Source of the DNA: an uncultured virus (IMG/VR IMGVR_UViG_2852342079_000003) | Taxonomy: Duplodnaviria; Heunggongvirae; Uroviricota; Caudoviricetes | Strand: one strand, 5' to 3' | DNA: 64,000 nt | Virus record (IMG/VR): IMGVR_UViG_2852342079_000003 | In this document: positions 17,768 to 28,349 of the stretch, piece by piece | How positions within the stretch are numbered: position 1 is the first letter of the stretch | How the letters are laid out: the number at the start of each line of letters is the position of its first letter | Made by a program: the position numbers and the translations under genes | Notes under the pieces: model-generated | Told to the model about the DNA's origin: nothing | Seen by the model: only the letters and a program-made list of their open reading frames with translations | The model's database searches: none

Positions 17768-18196
17768 TTACTTTTTGTCGTCTGTATATATAGGTTTGGT
17801 GCAGGTGGCTTCCATCACAGGCATCCCTGGGGATGATATGGATTCAATTATTACTTTTGTGTCATTTCCACGAAGTAATGTAAGCCTTGTATCGTGGCTC
17901 ATCCAATAGAATTCTTTGTAATAAGGTACTCCGAATTGAGATGAGTATGCTCCTTTTACCTTCATAGCATAGGTCGGAGATGGCATATGACTACTCTTTT
18001 TAGCTGGCGCTATCTTGAGGATTTGTGTTGCATTTGATTTATAAACAGAAAATATCTGGCTATCCTCACTTTTTTTGGTGGTGCCGTCTTGGGAGTAATT
18101 AATCCAAGAGCACTCCATTTCAAATATCAGGGTTTCATCTGTTGCATTAGCGCACACAGTGAACGGTATAAGTAAAGCAAAAAGATACTGTCTCAT
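17768..18196 (-). CDS. Exported hypothetical protein (moron)
   Basis: Signal peptide MRQYLFALLIPFTVCANA, two further Cys, GAGG RBS. Confidence 0.65.
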   Translation of the reverse strand: MRQYLFALLIPFTVCANATDETLIFEMECSWINYSQDGTTKKSEDSQIFSVYKSNATQILKIAPAKKSSHMPSPTYAMKVKGAYSSQFGVPYYKEFYWMSHDTRLTLLRGNDTKVIIESISSPGMPVMEATCTKPIYTDDKK

Positions 18197-18480
18197 GATC
18201 CCTCTATGTCAATGCAATATCGTCTTACGACAAGACTATCACAAGAAGAGCTAACTATGACTGAAAAATATCACGTAATAGCAACTAAGAAAGATGGCTC
18301 AACATATAAAGGCATAATGACCACTAAAGAGCCTTATGTGACCAATAGGATAATCGGTAGCGCAAAAATAGAATACTAAATAAATTAGACCCAAAATAGC
18401 GTGTTTTGGGCATTCTTCAGGCCTGTGAGGATAAATAAAGGTGAGCAATTAAGCTCTATAAAAGACACAGGAGAATTCTA

Positions 18481-18645
18481 ATGTCTAAAACAACCGATCA
18501 GCTGATCAACAATCTTAAGCATAACTTCAAGTTACTGGAAACCATTTATCAATCAGGCTTGTCAATTTACTACAATACTGACGTAATCCATGATGCTATT
18601 GATGCAATCATTGATGAGTTAAGGCGACGAGGAGTTGCTATCTAA
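18481..18645 (+). CDS. 54-aa hypothetical protein, not in ORF track
   Basis: CAGGAG RBS, followed by terminator GCCCGC-TCCG-GCGGGT plus T run. Confidence 0.55.
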   Translation: MSKTTDQLINNLKHNFKLLETIYQSGLSIYYNTDVIHDAIDAIIDELRRRGVAI

Positions 18646-18724
18646 CAATAGCCCGCTCCGGCGGGTTTTTTATTGCAAATCACAAAGCTCACTACGGTGA
18701 GTTTTTTAATTTGTTATTGAGGAT

Positions 18725-19333
18725 ATGAATATGGCTAAAAGACCAGATTGGGAGGCCATCGAGTTGGCTTACCGAGCTGGCGTGATGTCCATAAGGGAAA
18801 TAGCCTCTCAATACGAGATAACCCATCAGGCGATAAGTAAGCGCGCCAAGAAAGAAGGATGGGAGCGAGATCTAAAGGCAAAGGTTAAAGCTAGGGCTGA
18901 AAACTTGGTTGCCAAAAGGGAGGTTGCCAGTCTGGTTGCCACCGAAAAGGCTATTTCAGAACGGCAACTTATTGAGGCTAATGCCGAGGTTATCGCTAAT
19001 GTCCGCATGGAGCATAGAGGCGATATTCGAAGGGCTAGAGAGTTAACCAACAACTTATTTGATGAACTATCTGCTGAATGTGCTGATGTGCCAGCCTTAA
19101 GAAAACTTGGCGAGTTAATGTTTAGTCCTGATGATAACGGACGCGACAAACTCAATGAAATTTATCACTCAATCATCTCCCTGCCTGAGCGCGTTAAGTC
19201 AGCCAAATCATTAAGCGAAACATTTAAAAATTTAGTTGGCCTTGAGCGTCAAGCATATGGCCTTGATGATGTTCAGCCGAATAAGACAGCTAGTCAGCTA
19301 TCAGAACTAATGGACGACTTATCTAAGGAATAA
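18725..19333 (+). CDS. Terminase small subunit
   Basis: PDWEAIE..YRAG..S.REIA HTH, RAKKEGW.RDL; precedes terL. Confidence 0.8.
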   Translation: MNMAKRPDWEAIELAYRAGVMSIREIASQYEITHQAISKRAKKEGWERDLKAKVKARAENLVAKREVASLVATEKAISERQLIEANAEVIANVRMEHRGDIRRARELTNNLFDELSAECADVPALRKLGELMFSPDDNGRDKLNEIYHSIISLPERVKSAKSLSETFKNLVGLERQAYGLDDVQPNKTASQLSELMDDLSKE

Positions 19334-19335
19334 TC

Positions 19336-20823
19336 ATGAAGCCAGAACATCTTGCATTATTGAGAGATAAGCTCTGGCGATTAAATCACCTCTACTGGAT
19401 AACCAATAAAGAAGGCAAGCCAGTTCGATTTAAAATGACGCCTGAGCAACTCGAATATTTTGAAGGGATGCACACGCGAAACATTATCCTTAAAGCCCGT
19501 CAGCTTGGCTTCACTACTGAGGTCTGCATTATCCAGCTAGACGCAGCGTTATTTGAGGCGGCTAAATGTGCATTGATAGCCCACACACTTAACGATGCTA
19601 AGCGGCTATTTAGGGAAAAGATAAAGTATGCCTATGACAAGCTACCCGATGAAATCAAAGCGGCTAACCCAGCGAGTAATGATGCGGCTGGTGAGTTGGT
19701 GTTTAGCAAAGGCGGCTCGCTTTATATCAGCACGTCATTTCGTGGCGGTACACTCCGTTATTTGCACGTTTCTGAGTTCGGTAAGATATGTGCTAAGTAT
19801 CCAGAGAAAGCCCGTGAGATTGTCACTGGCGCATTTGAGGCGGTATCAAGCGATTGTTTTACGACGATTGAAAGCACAGCGGAGGGTCGAGCAGGTTATT
19901 TCTTCGATTATTGCCAGTCTGCTGAGAAAGCGCAAATTCAGAATAAGACTCTCTCTAACCTAGACTGGAAGTTCTTTTTCTTCTCATGGTGGAAGAATCC
20001 AGAGTATGCCATTAATCCTGTTGAGCCATTACCCCAGCGGTTAGTTGATTACTTTGATGAAATAGCCAGCAAACATGGTGTTCAATTAAATGAGCGCCAG
20101 AAAGCATGGTATTACGCCAAAGAGAAAACGCTTGGCGACGATATGAAACGGGAATATCCGTCAATACCGTCTGAGGCATTCCAACAATCGGTTGAAGGCG
20201 CTTACTACGCCAAGCAGTTCCGCTTCCTGTACGAAAATAAACGCATTGGCACACTTCCTGATAACTCGCACTTACCGGTTCACACGTACTGGGATATTGG
20301 TGTGGGTGACTCAACGTCAATTTGGTTTATTCGTGAAGTGGGCGAGGAGTTCCACATTATAGACCACTACTCAAACAGTGGTGAAGGTCTACGGCACTAC
20401 ATGAAAGTACTGAAAGACAAAGGCTACACATATGCAAGTCACAATGGCCCTCATGATATCGATAACCGTGAGTTTGGCTCGGATGCGAAATCTCGGCGTG
20501 AATTAGCGCGTGAAGGGTACGAAATAGACGGACAAATTTACTCAATCCGATTTGAAGTGGTGCCAAAGCTTTCAGTCGATGAAGGTATCGAGGCAGTACG
20601 TGAAATTCTGCCACTTTGCGTGTTCGATGAACACAAATGCAGTGAAGGCATTGCTCATCTAGAAGCTTATCGCAAAGAGTGGGATGACAAGCGGGGCTGT
20701 TGGAAAGATAAACCGCTTCACGATTACACGTCACATGATGCTGATGGATTTAGATATTTTGCGGTGAGCAGAAGAAATACCAAGCGCCCAGCATTCGAAA
20801 TTAACCTAGGAACAACCTTCTGA
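19336..20823 (+). CDS. Terminase large subunit
   Basis: ILKARQLGFTT, LHVSEFG, WDIGVGDST, SHDADGFRY. Confidence 0.93.
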   Translation: MKPEHLALLRDKLWRLNHLYWITNKEGKPVRFKMTPEQLEYFEGMHTRNIILKARQLGFTTEVCIIQLDAALFEAAKCALIAHTLNDAKRLFREKIKYAYDKLPDEIKAANPASNDAAGELVFSKGGSLYISTSFRGGTLRYLHVSEFGKICAKYPEKAREIVTGAFEAVSSDCFTTIESTAEGRAGYFFDYCQSAEKAQIQNKTLSNLDWKFFFFSWWKNPEYAINPVEPLPQRLVDYFDEIASKHGVQLNERQKAWYYAKEKTLGDDMKREYPSIPSEAFQQSVEGAYYAKQFRFLYENKRIGTLPDNSHLPVHTYWDIGVGDSTSIWFIREVGEEFHIIDHYSNSGEGLRHYMKVLKDKGYTYASHNGPHDIDNREFGSDAKSRRELAREGYEIDGQIYSIRFEVVPKLSVDEGIEAVREILPLCVFDEHKCSEGIAHLEAYRKEWDDKRGCWKDKPLHDYTSHDADGFRYFAVSRRNTKRPAFEINLGTTF

Positions 20824-22193
20824 TGAGTACAACAAATGTAGATTTCACTCGACCGGAGTATAAAACGGCTGCTCCTCAGTGGGAGTTAGTGCGCTCTGTT
20901 TGCCGAGGCGGTGAAGATATAAAAAATTATCTTCCTGAGCTTGAAGAGCAAGATGGCGAGCGTAAAAAGAAGCGCAATAAAGATTATCAAGACCGTGCGG
21001 TGTTCTATCCAATAACAGGCAATACTCGCAACGGAATGATAGGGATGGCATTTAAAAAAGATCCCTTAGTTGCTATTGTCGAAAAGCTTTCGTGTTTAAA
21101 AGATGATGCTGATGGTGCGGGTTCAAGTATTTATCAATTGGCGCAATCTTCACTTGAGTCAGTATTGGAAGTCGGTCGGCATGGTCTGTATGTTGATTAC
21201 AACAGTGATTCGAAACTCCCGTACATATTCCAATATCGTGCTGAAGACATCATTAACTGGCGTACAGCTCGTATTAATGGGCGCACGATGTTAACGCTGG
21301 TGGTATTGCGTGAAACGGTGGAAGAAGAGGACGGGTTTGGTTTTAAGGATGAGGTTCAATACCGTGTATTGTCGATAGAAGAAGGTAAGTTTGTCTGTCG
21401 TGTCTATCGCAAGCCCAGTGGAAGTAGCGTTTTTGAAATTTCTTCTGAGTATATACCTGCGCGTGCTGGTAACGGTGTGTGGAATGAAATTCCATTTACA
21501 TTTATTGGTGCACAGAATAATGATCACACTATTGATGAAGCCCCACTTCTAGGATTGGCAAAAATCAACCTAGGGCATTATCGAAACTCTGCTGATTATG
21601 AAGATTCTGTTTTCTTCTGTGGGCAAATACAACCTTATCTAGGTGGGCTAGGAACAGAATGGCGTGACTATCTAGAAAAGAAAGGCGTTATGGTTGGTTC
21701 TCGCTCGCCAATTATGTTGCCAGAAAAAGGTTTCTTTGGTTACGCTCAGGCTCAACCTAACATGCTGGCAAAAGAAGCAATGGACAGTAAACGCGATTAT
21801 ATGGTTGCGCTCGGTGCTCAATTGGTTTCTGCTGATAGCAAAGTTAAAACGGTTATTCAGTCTGTCGGTGAACAGAACGCACAAACCTCTATCCTGAGCA
21901 TCTGTTGCTCTAATGTTTCCGATGCATGCAGTAAATCGCTAATATGGTGTGCTGAATACTTAGGTTTAGATACTGCAGGCATTTCGTTTGAGATTAACAA
22001 AGACCTCGTTAATCACATTGCCGATAGTTCGATGATCCGTGAAATCGTCGCAGCATGGCAATCTGGCGCAACGCGTAAATCTGACTTAGTGAGAAGTTTG
22101 CAGAAATATGATGTTATCGACCCCGCTGATGATGTTGATGTGGTGGTGGATGAGCTTAATAATCAAGAGCCGACAATGGTAGGTGAGACATGA
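20823..22193 (+). CDS. Portal protein (DUF4055-like)
   Basis: Position and size; IPFTFIG, PLL.LA.IN.GHYRNSADYE. Confidence 0.85.
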   Translation: MSTTNVDFTRPEYKTAAPQWELVRSVCRGGEDIKNYLPELEEQDGERKKKRNKDYQDRAVFYPITGNTRNGMIGMAFKKDPLVAIVEKLSCLKDDADGAGSSIYQLAQSSLESVLEVGRHGLYVDYNSDSKLPYIFQYRAEDIINWRTARINGRTMLTLVVLRETVEEEDGFGFKDEVQYRVLSIEEGKFVCRVYRKPSGSSVFEISSEYIPARAGNGVWNEIPFTFIGAQNNDHTIDEAPLLGLAKINLGHYRNSADYEDSVFFCGQIQPYLGGLGTEWRDYLEKKGVMVGSRSPIMLPEKGFFGYAQAQPNMLAKEAMDSKRDYMVALGAQLVSADSKVKTVIQSVGEQNAQTSILSICCSNVSDACSKSLIWCAEYLGLDTAGISFEINKDLVNHIADSSMIREIVAAWQSGATRKSDLVRSLQKYDVIDPADDVDVVVDELNNQEPTMVGET

Positions 22194-23311
22194 GATCAGT
22201 GAATGAGCGGTTAATGGATGAATTGATTGCTCACTCCCTGTTTTCTGGTCGCTATTCTACAGGGGTGGCTAGACGCATGATAAAGGCACTTAATGAGTTT
22301 GATGCTGAATTAACTGCTTCACTTATAGTGTCTTTAGATGATACCTCCATCGATGTTAATAGTTTCACTGCAAGGCGATTGGAGTCGTTGCTGTCCAGCG
22401 TTAGAAGTATTAATAAGCGTGCAGTTGATAGTGCTTTTTCATTGTTAACAGAAGAAATGAGAGCGCATGCATTATATGAGGCTGGCTACTACCCATCACT
22501 GTTTGATGCTCTACTACCTGATGTTGTTCTACGCAAATATCCACTAATGAGCATTACAGAGGAAATGCTATTTTCCTCAGTCATGTCTCGCCCATTTCAA
22601 GGGAAATTACTTTCTGAATGGGCTGATGGATTAGAATCAGATCGCATGACACGCATAAATAACGCTGTTCGGAATGGTTATTTAAATGGTGATAGTGCGG
22701 TAGAAATCGGACGTAAAATCAGAGGACATGCAAACCAAGGTTATAAGGATGGCGTATTGCAACTAAGCCGAGCTAATGCGACGACAATAGCTAAAACGGC
22801 CATTAGCCATTTACAAGCAACAGCGCGAGATCAGTTTGCTGATGCCAATAAAGACATTCTTGATTGTAAACAATGGTTATCTACCCTCGATAATAAAACA
22901 TCTCACGATTGCATTATTCGGGATAGGTTGAGATACACGCTGGAAGGTAAGCCTATTGGTCATAAAGTTCCTTATCTACAAGGCCCCGGAAAAATCCACT
23001 TCAATTGCCGTTCAACAGAAACATTGGTTACTAAATCATGGCGTGAATTAGGCATTGATTTAGATGAGATGGATGCAGGAACGAGAGCATCAATGGACGG
23101 GCAAGTGCCAGCGGATACTAATTTTCTTGATTGGATACAGCGACAACCTGAGTGGCGACAGCGACAGGTGTTTGGGGAGACGCGATTTAGGTTGATGAAA
23201 GAAGGCGGCATGAATCCTTCTGAGTTTTATACTGACAAAGGTGAGTTTATTTCTCTCGAACAACTCAGGGAGATAGACAAGCAGGCATTTAGAGAGGCTG
23301 GATATAGCTAA
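22190..23311 (+). CDS. Minor head protein (Mu F / SPP1 gp7-like)
   Basis: WLSTLDNKTS..C, HFNCRST. Confidence 0.85.
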   Translation: MRSVNERLMDELIAHSLFSGRYSTGVARRMIKALNEFDAELTASLIVSLDDTSIDVNSFTARRLESLLSSVRSINKRAVDSAFSLLTEEMRAHALYEAGYYPSLFDALLPDVVLRKYPLMSITEEMLFSSVMSRPFQGKLLSEWADGLESDRMTRINNAVRNGYLNGDSAVEIGRKIRGHANQGYKDGVLQLSRANATTIAKTAISHLQATARDQFADANKDILDCKQWLSTLDNKTSHDCIIRDRLRYTLEGKPIGHKVPYLQGPGKIHFNCRSTETLVTKSWRELGIDLDEMDAGTRASMDGQVPADTNFLDWIQRQPEWRQRQVFGETRFRLMKEGGMNPSEFYTDKGEFISLEQLREIDKQAFREAGYS

Positions 23312-23422
23312 TCAATAAACCATTTAACAAGGTCACCTCGGTGGCCTTTTTTATTACCTAAACTCAGCTCAGGGCTGAGTTATTACAACGCGCTAGGCGC
23401 ATCTAATCCCAAGGGGAATCAC

Positions 23423-24184
23423 ATGTTATTTATGAATATCGAACGCAAATATTATTCACAGGCTGATGATGGTTCGCAAGGTGGAGGTGGTGGAACACCG
23501 GAAATCACTCCAGAAATTCAAGCTATTATCGACCAGCAGGTTTCAGGGCTAAAGGCTAAAAACAGTGAGTTGCTAGGCAAGCTCAAAGAGCAAGGCGATA
23601 ACCTGAAACGTTTTGAAGGCATTGACCCAGACACTGTGAAGGGCATGCTTAAACGCTTTGAGAATGACGAAGAAGCCAAGCTCATTGCAGATGGCAAGAT
23701 TGACGAGGTTCTCAATAAGCGCACTGAGCGTTTGCGTGGTGATTTCGACAAGAAGTTAAAAGAAGCAAGCTCTAAAGCTGAAAAGGCAGAGGCGTTTGCA
23801 AATAAATTCCGTACTCGTGTGTTAGGCGATGAAATTCGTTCTGCAGCAGGGAAAGCGGGTGCATTAAGCAGCGCTCAAGAAGATTTAATTTTACGTGCCA
23901 AAGGCATTTTTCAGATCAACGATGAAGGTCAGGCCGTAGCCGTTGATGAAGATGGCAATCCAATCATGGGCAAAGATGGTCGCACGCCATTATCACCTAT
24001 TGAATGGATTGAATCCCTAAAAGAAAGTGCTCCTCACTTATTCCCCGCAGCCTCTGGTACAGATGCAGGGAAACATAAACAAGGTGGTGCACATTTTAAA
24101 CGTTCTCAAATGTCCGCCAGTGACAAGGCTGATTATATTCGCCGATACGGGCGTGACGCATATTTAAAACTTCCAAAAGAGTAA
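23423..24184 (+). CDS. Capsid scaffolding protein
   Basis: Coiled-coil, charged, APHLF near C-terminus, precedes capsid. Confidence 0.75.
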   Translation: MLFMNIERKYYSQADDGSQGGGGGTPEITPEIQAIIDQQVSGLKAKNSELLGKLKEQGDNLKRFEGIDPDTVKGMLKRFENDEEAKLIADGKIDEVLNKRTERLRGDFDKKLKEASSKAEKAEAFANKFRTRVLGDEIRSAAGKAGALSSAQEDLILRAKGIFQINDEGQAVAVDEDGNPIMGKDGRTPLSPIEWIESLKESAPHLFPAASGTDAGKHKQGGAHFKRSQMSASDKADYIRRYGRDAYLKLPKE

Positions 24185-24197
24185 GGAAATATAAGTA

Positions 24198-25151
24198 ATG
24201 GCTACGACGACTAATAATGATTTAGTAATTTATAACGATTTAGCACAAACTGCGTTTTTAGAACGCCGTCAAGATAATTTAGCAGTATTTAATCAGGCAT
24301 CAAACGGCGCAATTGTGCTGGATAACCTTTTTATTGAGGGGGACTTCCGTAAGCGTGCATTTTATCAGATCGGCGGTTCGATTGAGCATCGTGATGTAAA
24401 CTCCACAGCATCTGTAGAGAACAAAAAAATCGGCGCGGGCGAATCTGTTGATGTAAAAGCACCTTGGAAATATGGTCCTTATGCAACGACAGAAGAAGCA
24501 TTTAAACGCCGTGGCCGTGATGTATCGGAGTTCTCTGAGTTAGTGGGTACCGATGCGGCAGATGCTTCACTAGAGGGTTATATCAAATACTCTTTAGCTG
24601 CTTTAGGTGCCGCTATTGGCAATAACAAAGAAATGGTGGTGACTGCGGATATTGCGACAGATGGCAAGAAAACACTGACCAAAGGTTTACGCAGATATGG
24701 TGATAAGTTCAACCGCGTAAATCTGTTTGTTATGCACTCAACCACCTACTTCGATATTGTTGATCAGGCCATTGACAACAAAGTGTATGAAGAAGCGGGT
24801 GTGGTTATCTACGGTGGACAGCCAGGCACATTAGGTAAGCCTGTGCTGGTAACGGATACAGCGCCAGTAGATGCCATCTTTGGTTTAGTGCCGGGTGCTG
24901 TGACTATCACTGAATCCCAAGAGCCGACTTTCCGATCTTATGAAATCAATGACAAGGAGAACTTGGAAGTTGGTTATCGTGGTGAAGGCGTGGTTAACGT
25001 TGGCGTTCTGGGCTATAGCTGGGATGAATCAAAAGGAAAAAACCCTGATTTAACACAGTTAGGCACCGCAGGTAACTGGAAGAAGCATTTCACTAGCAAC
25101 AAATTAACCGCTGGCGTCATGATTAAACTGACTGCCGAAGAGGGAAAGTAA
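24198..25151 (+). CDS. Major capsid protein
   Basis: Position and size; GKPVLVTD, GYSWD...NP...L....NW. Confidence 0.85.
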   Translation: MATTTNNDLVIYNDLAQTAFLERRQDNLAVFNQASNGAIVLDNLFIEGDFRKRAFYQIGGSIEHRDVNSTASVENKKIGAGESVDVKAPWKYGPYATTEEAFKRRGRDVSEFSELVGTDAADASLEGYIKYSLAALGAAIGNNKEMVVTADIATDGKKTLTKGLRRYGDKFNRVNLFVMHSTTYFDIVDQAIDNKVYEEAGVVIYGGQPGTLGKPVLVTDTAPVDAIFGLVPGAVTITESQEPTFRSYEINDKENLEVGYRGEGVVNVGVLGYSWDESKGKNPDLTQLGTAGNWKKHFTSNKLTAGVMIKLTAEEGK

Positions 25152-25438
25152 CCCTGTCAGCGGATAAAACGTCCGCTATCGCTGACAGTACAGATACAGT
25201 AACGATCACTCTTAATTACACCAAGGGCAGCTCTCCAGTCGAAGGAGCTACCGTTAATTGGTCTACAACAGGTGGTAAATTAAGCGTTACTTCATCTAAG
25301 ACGGGCAAAGCTAGTGGTGCGACAGTGAAATTAACTTCTGATTCACAGGGTGAATTTATTGTCACAGCCACTGTTGATGGTGTTGCACAAAATACTGATG
25401 CAATTACATTCACAGAAAAAACTTCTCCAGACGAGTAA
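25148..25438 (+). CDS. Ig-like (Big-1 type) capsid extension reached by -1 frameshift
   Basis: 96 codons without ATG (VTLSADKTSAIADSTDTVTITL...VTATVDG) in the -1 frame behind GGGAAAG. Confidence 0.8.
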   Translation, partial: VTLSADKTSAIADSTDTVTITLNYTKGSSPVEGATVNWSTTGGKLSVTSSKTGKASGATVKLTSDSQGEFIVTATVDGVAQNTDAITFTEKTSPDE

Positions 25439-25476
25439 TTTAAGGGGCTTTGTGCCCTCTTTTTTTTGAGGTGAGC

Positions 25477-25956
25477 ATGATTGATCCTGATAAGAACTCT
25501 CCAATATTTAATAGCTACGCAAGTGTGGATGATTTGAAGAAATACGCTGAGGATAGAAATATCACTTTGGCAGATAGTGGATTAGAGGCATTACTAATTA
25601 CGGCGATGGATTATCTTGAATCGCAAAAATGGTTAGGTAAACGAACTAACCCAAATCAACCTTTATCTTTCCCTCGCTCAGGGCTATCTCGCGACGGTGT
25701 TGCCATCCCAAGCGATCAGATACCAAAGCAATTAATCCAAGCTCAATGCCGTTTAGCGATTGAATCAGTAGAAAATGACCTACAGCCCACGTTAGGTGCT
25801 GAAATCACCTCAGAGCGAATTGAGGGCGCTATTACTGTGCAATATGCCGAAGGCACTAATACTGGCGCACCAAACTTTCCTTGGTTAAAAGGTTTATTGT
25901 CTGGCTTGATTGATGTCTCGGATGGATTTGCCATTAATACATTTGCAATGAGGTAG
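25477..25956 (+). CDS. Head-tail adaptor (DnaT-like annotation family)
   Basis: NSYASV, AMDYLE, Q.LSFPR, IP.Q...AQC.LA. Confidence 0.7.
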   Translation: MIDPDKNSPIFNSYASVDDLKKYAEDRNITLADSGLEALLITAMDYLESQKWLGKRTNPNQPLSFPRSGLSRDGVAIPSDQIPKQLIQAQCRLAIESVENDLQPTLGAEITSERIEGAITVQYAEGTNTGAPNFPWLKGLLSGLIDVSDGFAINTFAMR

Positions 25957-25958
25957 CC

Positions 25959-26309
25959 ATGAACATTTATCAACGTGGGCAGAGTACAGCATTAAGGATG
26001 TTGAAAAAATATGGCGTTTCCTATCAGGCTAAGCGTGATGGTAAGCATTGGGTTGATGATGAGGGGCAGGAACACTTTGAGCCAGAAACGTTATTTTCTG
26101 TTGTCGGGGTAAAAACGCAATATAAACCTTACGAAATCGATGGCACGCTTATTCTCTCTACGGATATTAAAATGATACTTCCTCCAGATATTGATATTCA
26201 GAAAGGGGATAAGCTGCTTGTCGATGGCGTTTGGTTGCGCGTTCATGAACCGAACCCTGTTAAACCCGCTGATATTATTATCTGCTATCAGTCTCAACTG
26301 AGGGCGTGA
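25959..26309 (+). CDS. Head closure protein
   Basis: Position, IDGTLI, Y..QLR ending. Confidence 0.6.
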   Translation: MNIYQRGQSTALRMLKKYGVSYQAKRDGKHWVDDEGQEHFEPETLFSVVGVKTQYKPYEIDGTLILSTDIKMILPPDIDIQKGDKLLVDGVWLRVHEPNPVKPADIIICYQSQLRA

Positions 26310-26310
26310 C

Positions 26311-26892
26311 ATGTCAGATCAGTTCATGAAGTCGATTAATATCTTTATCGACAAATCTAACGCAAATATTGAAACGGTTGTCAAAAATACAGGGTTTAAA
26401 ATATTAGCGAAGCTTGTTGATATGTCACCTGTTGGAAATCCTGAATTATGGGAAGTTAATAGGGTTGCCTCAAACTACAATAAAGCAGTTTTTGAACATA
26501 ATGAATATCTAAAACAAGATCCTAATAATTTAACACCAAAGCGACGTCAATTAAAAAAGCGTGTTCGTGTTAATGACTCTATGGATATTTATGTTCCTCC
26601 TGGTTATACAGGGGGGCGGTTTAGAGGTAATTGGCAGGTGTCATTTGATGCCCCAGCGGAAGGCGAGACGGGGCGCATAGATAAGTCAGGCAATATGACA
26701 AAGGCGTTAGGCAACGTTGTTATTGAACAATTTAAGGTAGGAATGAAAGCTATCTATTTCACAAACAATGTGCCTTATGCTTACCGCCTTGAAATGGGGC
26801 ATTCGAAACAAGCACCTAACGGTATGGTTGCTGTGACTGCTGAGGAATTTAGTCAGTTTTTCAACTCTGCCGTATCGGAAACTAAATCATGA
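26311..26892 (+). CDS. HK97 gp10-like tail completion protein
   Basis: GGRFRGNWQV, NNVPYAYRLEMGHSKQAPNGMV. Confidence 0.75.
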   Translation: MSDQFMKSINIFIDKSNANIETVVKNTGFKILAKLVDMSPVGNPELWEVNRVASNYNKAVFEHNEYLKQDPNNLTPKRRQLKKRVRVNDSMDIYVPPGYTGGRFRGNWQVSFDAPAEGETGRIDKSGNMTKALGNVVIEQFKVGMKAIYFTNNVPYAYRLEMGHSKQAPNGMVAVTAEEFSQFFNSAVSETKS

Positions 26893-27290
26893 ATCAGTCG
26901 ACAATTAATACTGAAATACGAAAGCTGGTGGCGAGCATTGGCAAGGATTTAAATCTTAAAATCGCATGGCCCAATCTTCCTTTTAATGATATTAACGATC
27001 CCTATCTTCAACTCCATATCATGCCAGTAGAAACGGATAATATTGGGTTATCTCAGGATATGCTTGTTTATCGTGGTGTTATTCAAATTAACGTGGTTGG
27101 CAAAGTAGGGGGTGGAGACTCGCGACTCTCAACGATTGTTGATGACGTTAAAGCCAGATTGGAGAACGGATTAACATTAGGGGAGGGTATCTACATTAAC
27201 GGAGAGCCTAGCCAGTTCCCTCCAATTTCAGATGAAACAAATTATACCATTCCTATTCGTGCATCCTATCGATGTAATGCAATCCGATAA
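26889..27290 (+). CDS. Tail terminator-like protein
   Basis: IAWPN..F, YRGV.QINV; precedes tail tube. Confidence 0.7.
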   Translation: MNQSTINTEIRKLVASIGKDLNLKIAWPNLPFNDINDPYLQLHIMPVETDNIGLSQDMLVYRGVIQINVVGKVGGGDSRLSTIVDDVKARLENGLTLGEGIYINGEPSQFPPISDETNYTIPIRASYRCNAIR

Positions 27291-27335
27291 CACCGCTTAA
27301 TTGCGGTTTTTTTATACCTAAAATAGAGGTTAACA

Positions 27336-27992
27336 ATGGCCTATAACATTCCTAATGGGTCGCGTGTTTACGTCGCAAGTAAATACGATGACGAAATTAA
27401 AATTACCGAGGCAACTAATGCCGAAGAAGCCGTACTAACAGTTGATGATGTGGGTGACATTGCTAAAGGCGATATTGTTCATGTTACATCTGGCTGGAAA
27501 AAAGCTTCGGGTGCTTTCCGTGTTGCAAGTGTCGCTGAATCTAAAATCACCTTAGAAGGTGTCGATACAAGTGATAAAAATGTGTTTCCTGCTGGTGGCG
27601 GTACAGGAACATTAAAGAAAGTATTGTCATGGGAAGTCATGCCACAGGTAATGACACTTTCTACAGAAGGTGGGGAACAGCAAACTCAAGAGGTTCAATT
27701 TCTTGAAGATGAGCAGGCAGAAACTATCGATACCTATAAAAATGGTGTTGTACAGGTTTATACCTTTGCTCACGATGCTAAGCTGCCTATCCGTAAATTG
27801 CTAACAAAATTGGACGACAGTAAGCAAGTTACTGCAATCCGATTCTTCAATAAACGCGCAGAAGAAGATCGCTATTACACAGCTTCAATTTCATTCCAGC
27901 GTGTGCCAAACACTGCTATCAACGAAGTTGAAAACGTAACAGCGCGATTCTCACTTAAATCTGAAATGCAGATTTATACCAACGCATCTTAA
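27336..27992 (+). CDS. Major tail tube protein
   Basis: IPNGS start, GGEQQ...VQFLED. Confidence 0.8.
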   Translation: MAYNIPNGSRVYVASKYDDEIKITEATNAEEAVLTVDDVGDIAKGDIVHVTSGWKKASGAFRVASVAESKITLEGVDTSDKNVFPAGGGTGTLKKVLSWEVMPQVMTLSTEGGEQQTQEVQFLEDEQAETIDTYKNGVVQVYTFAHDAKLPIRKLLTKLDDSKQVTAIRFFNKRAEEDRYYTASISFQRVPNTAINEVENVTARFSLKSEMQIYTNAS

Positions 27993-28043
27993 TCAATAAA
28001 TACTCACAACAGCCCCGAAACAGGGGCTTTTTAAGGACTGATA

Positions 28044-28349
28044 ATGCCTAAATTTACACTCGTCCCAAATCCAACCTTCAAAGCTAACGTTAAAATTCCT
28101 GTTGCCGGCAAAGAAAAGCCAGAAGTAGTTACATTCACATTTAAACATCACTCAGTAAGTGAGCTTGATGGAATGCGAGAAAAACCGATTTCTGAGTTCT
28201 TTGAGCAGATTATTGCTGACTGGGCGATCGAAGAGCCATATAACAAAGAAAATTTAAACATATTGTTAGATAACTACCCTTCAGCCTCTCGTGCTATTTC
28301 ATCAACGTATTACAACGAACTGTTAGGTAACCGCGAAAAAAACTCCTAA
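28044..28349 (+). CDS. Tail assembly chaperone (gpG-like)
   Basis: PNPTFKA.V.IP, ends REKNS with A-AAA-AAC slip site. Confidence 0.85.
   Translation: MPKFTLVPNPTFKANVKIPVAGKEKPEVVTFTFKHHSVSELDGMREKPISEFFEQIIADWAIEEPYNKENLNILLDNYPSASRAISSTYYNELLGNREKNS

Noticed and set aside
25216..25413. Minus-strand 65-aa ORF after the capsid gene
   Set aside because: Antisense shadow of the Ig-domain frame
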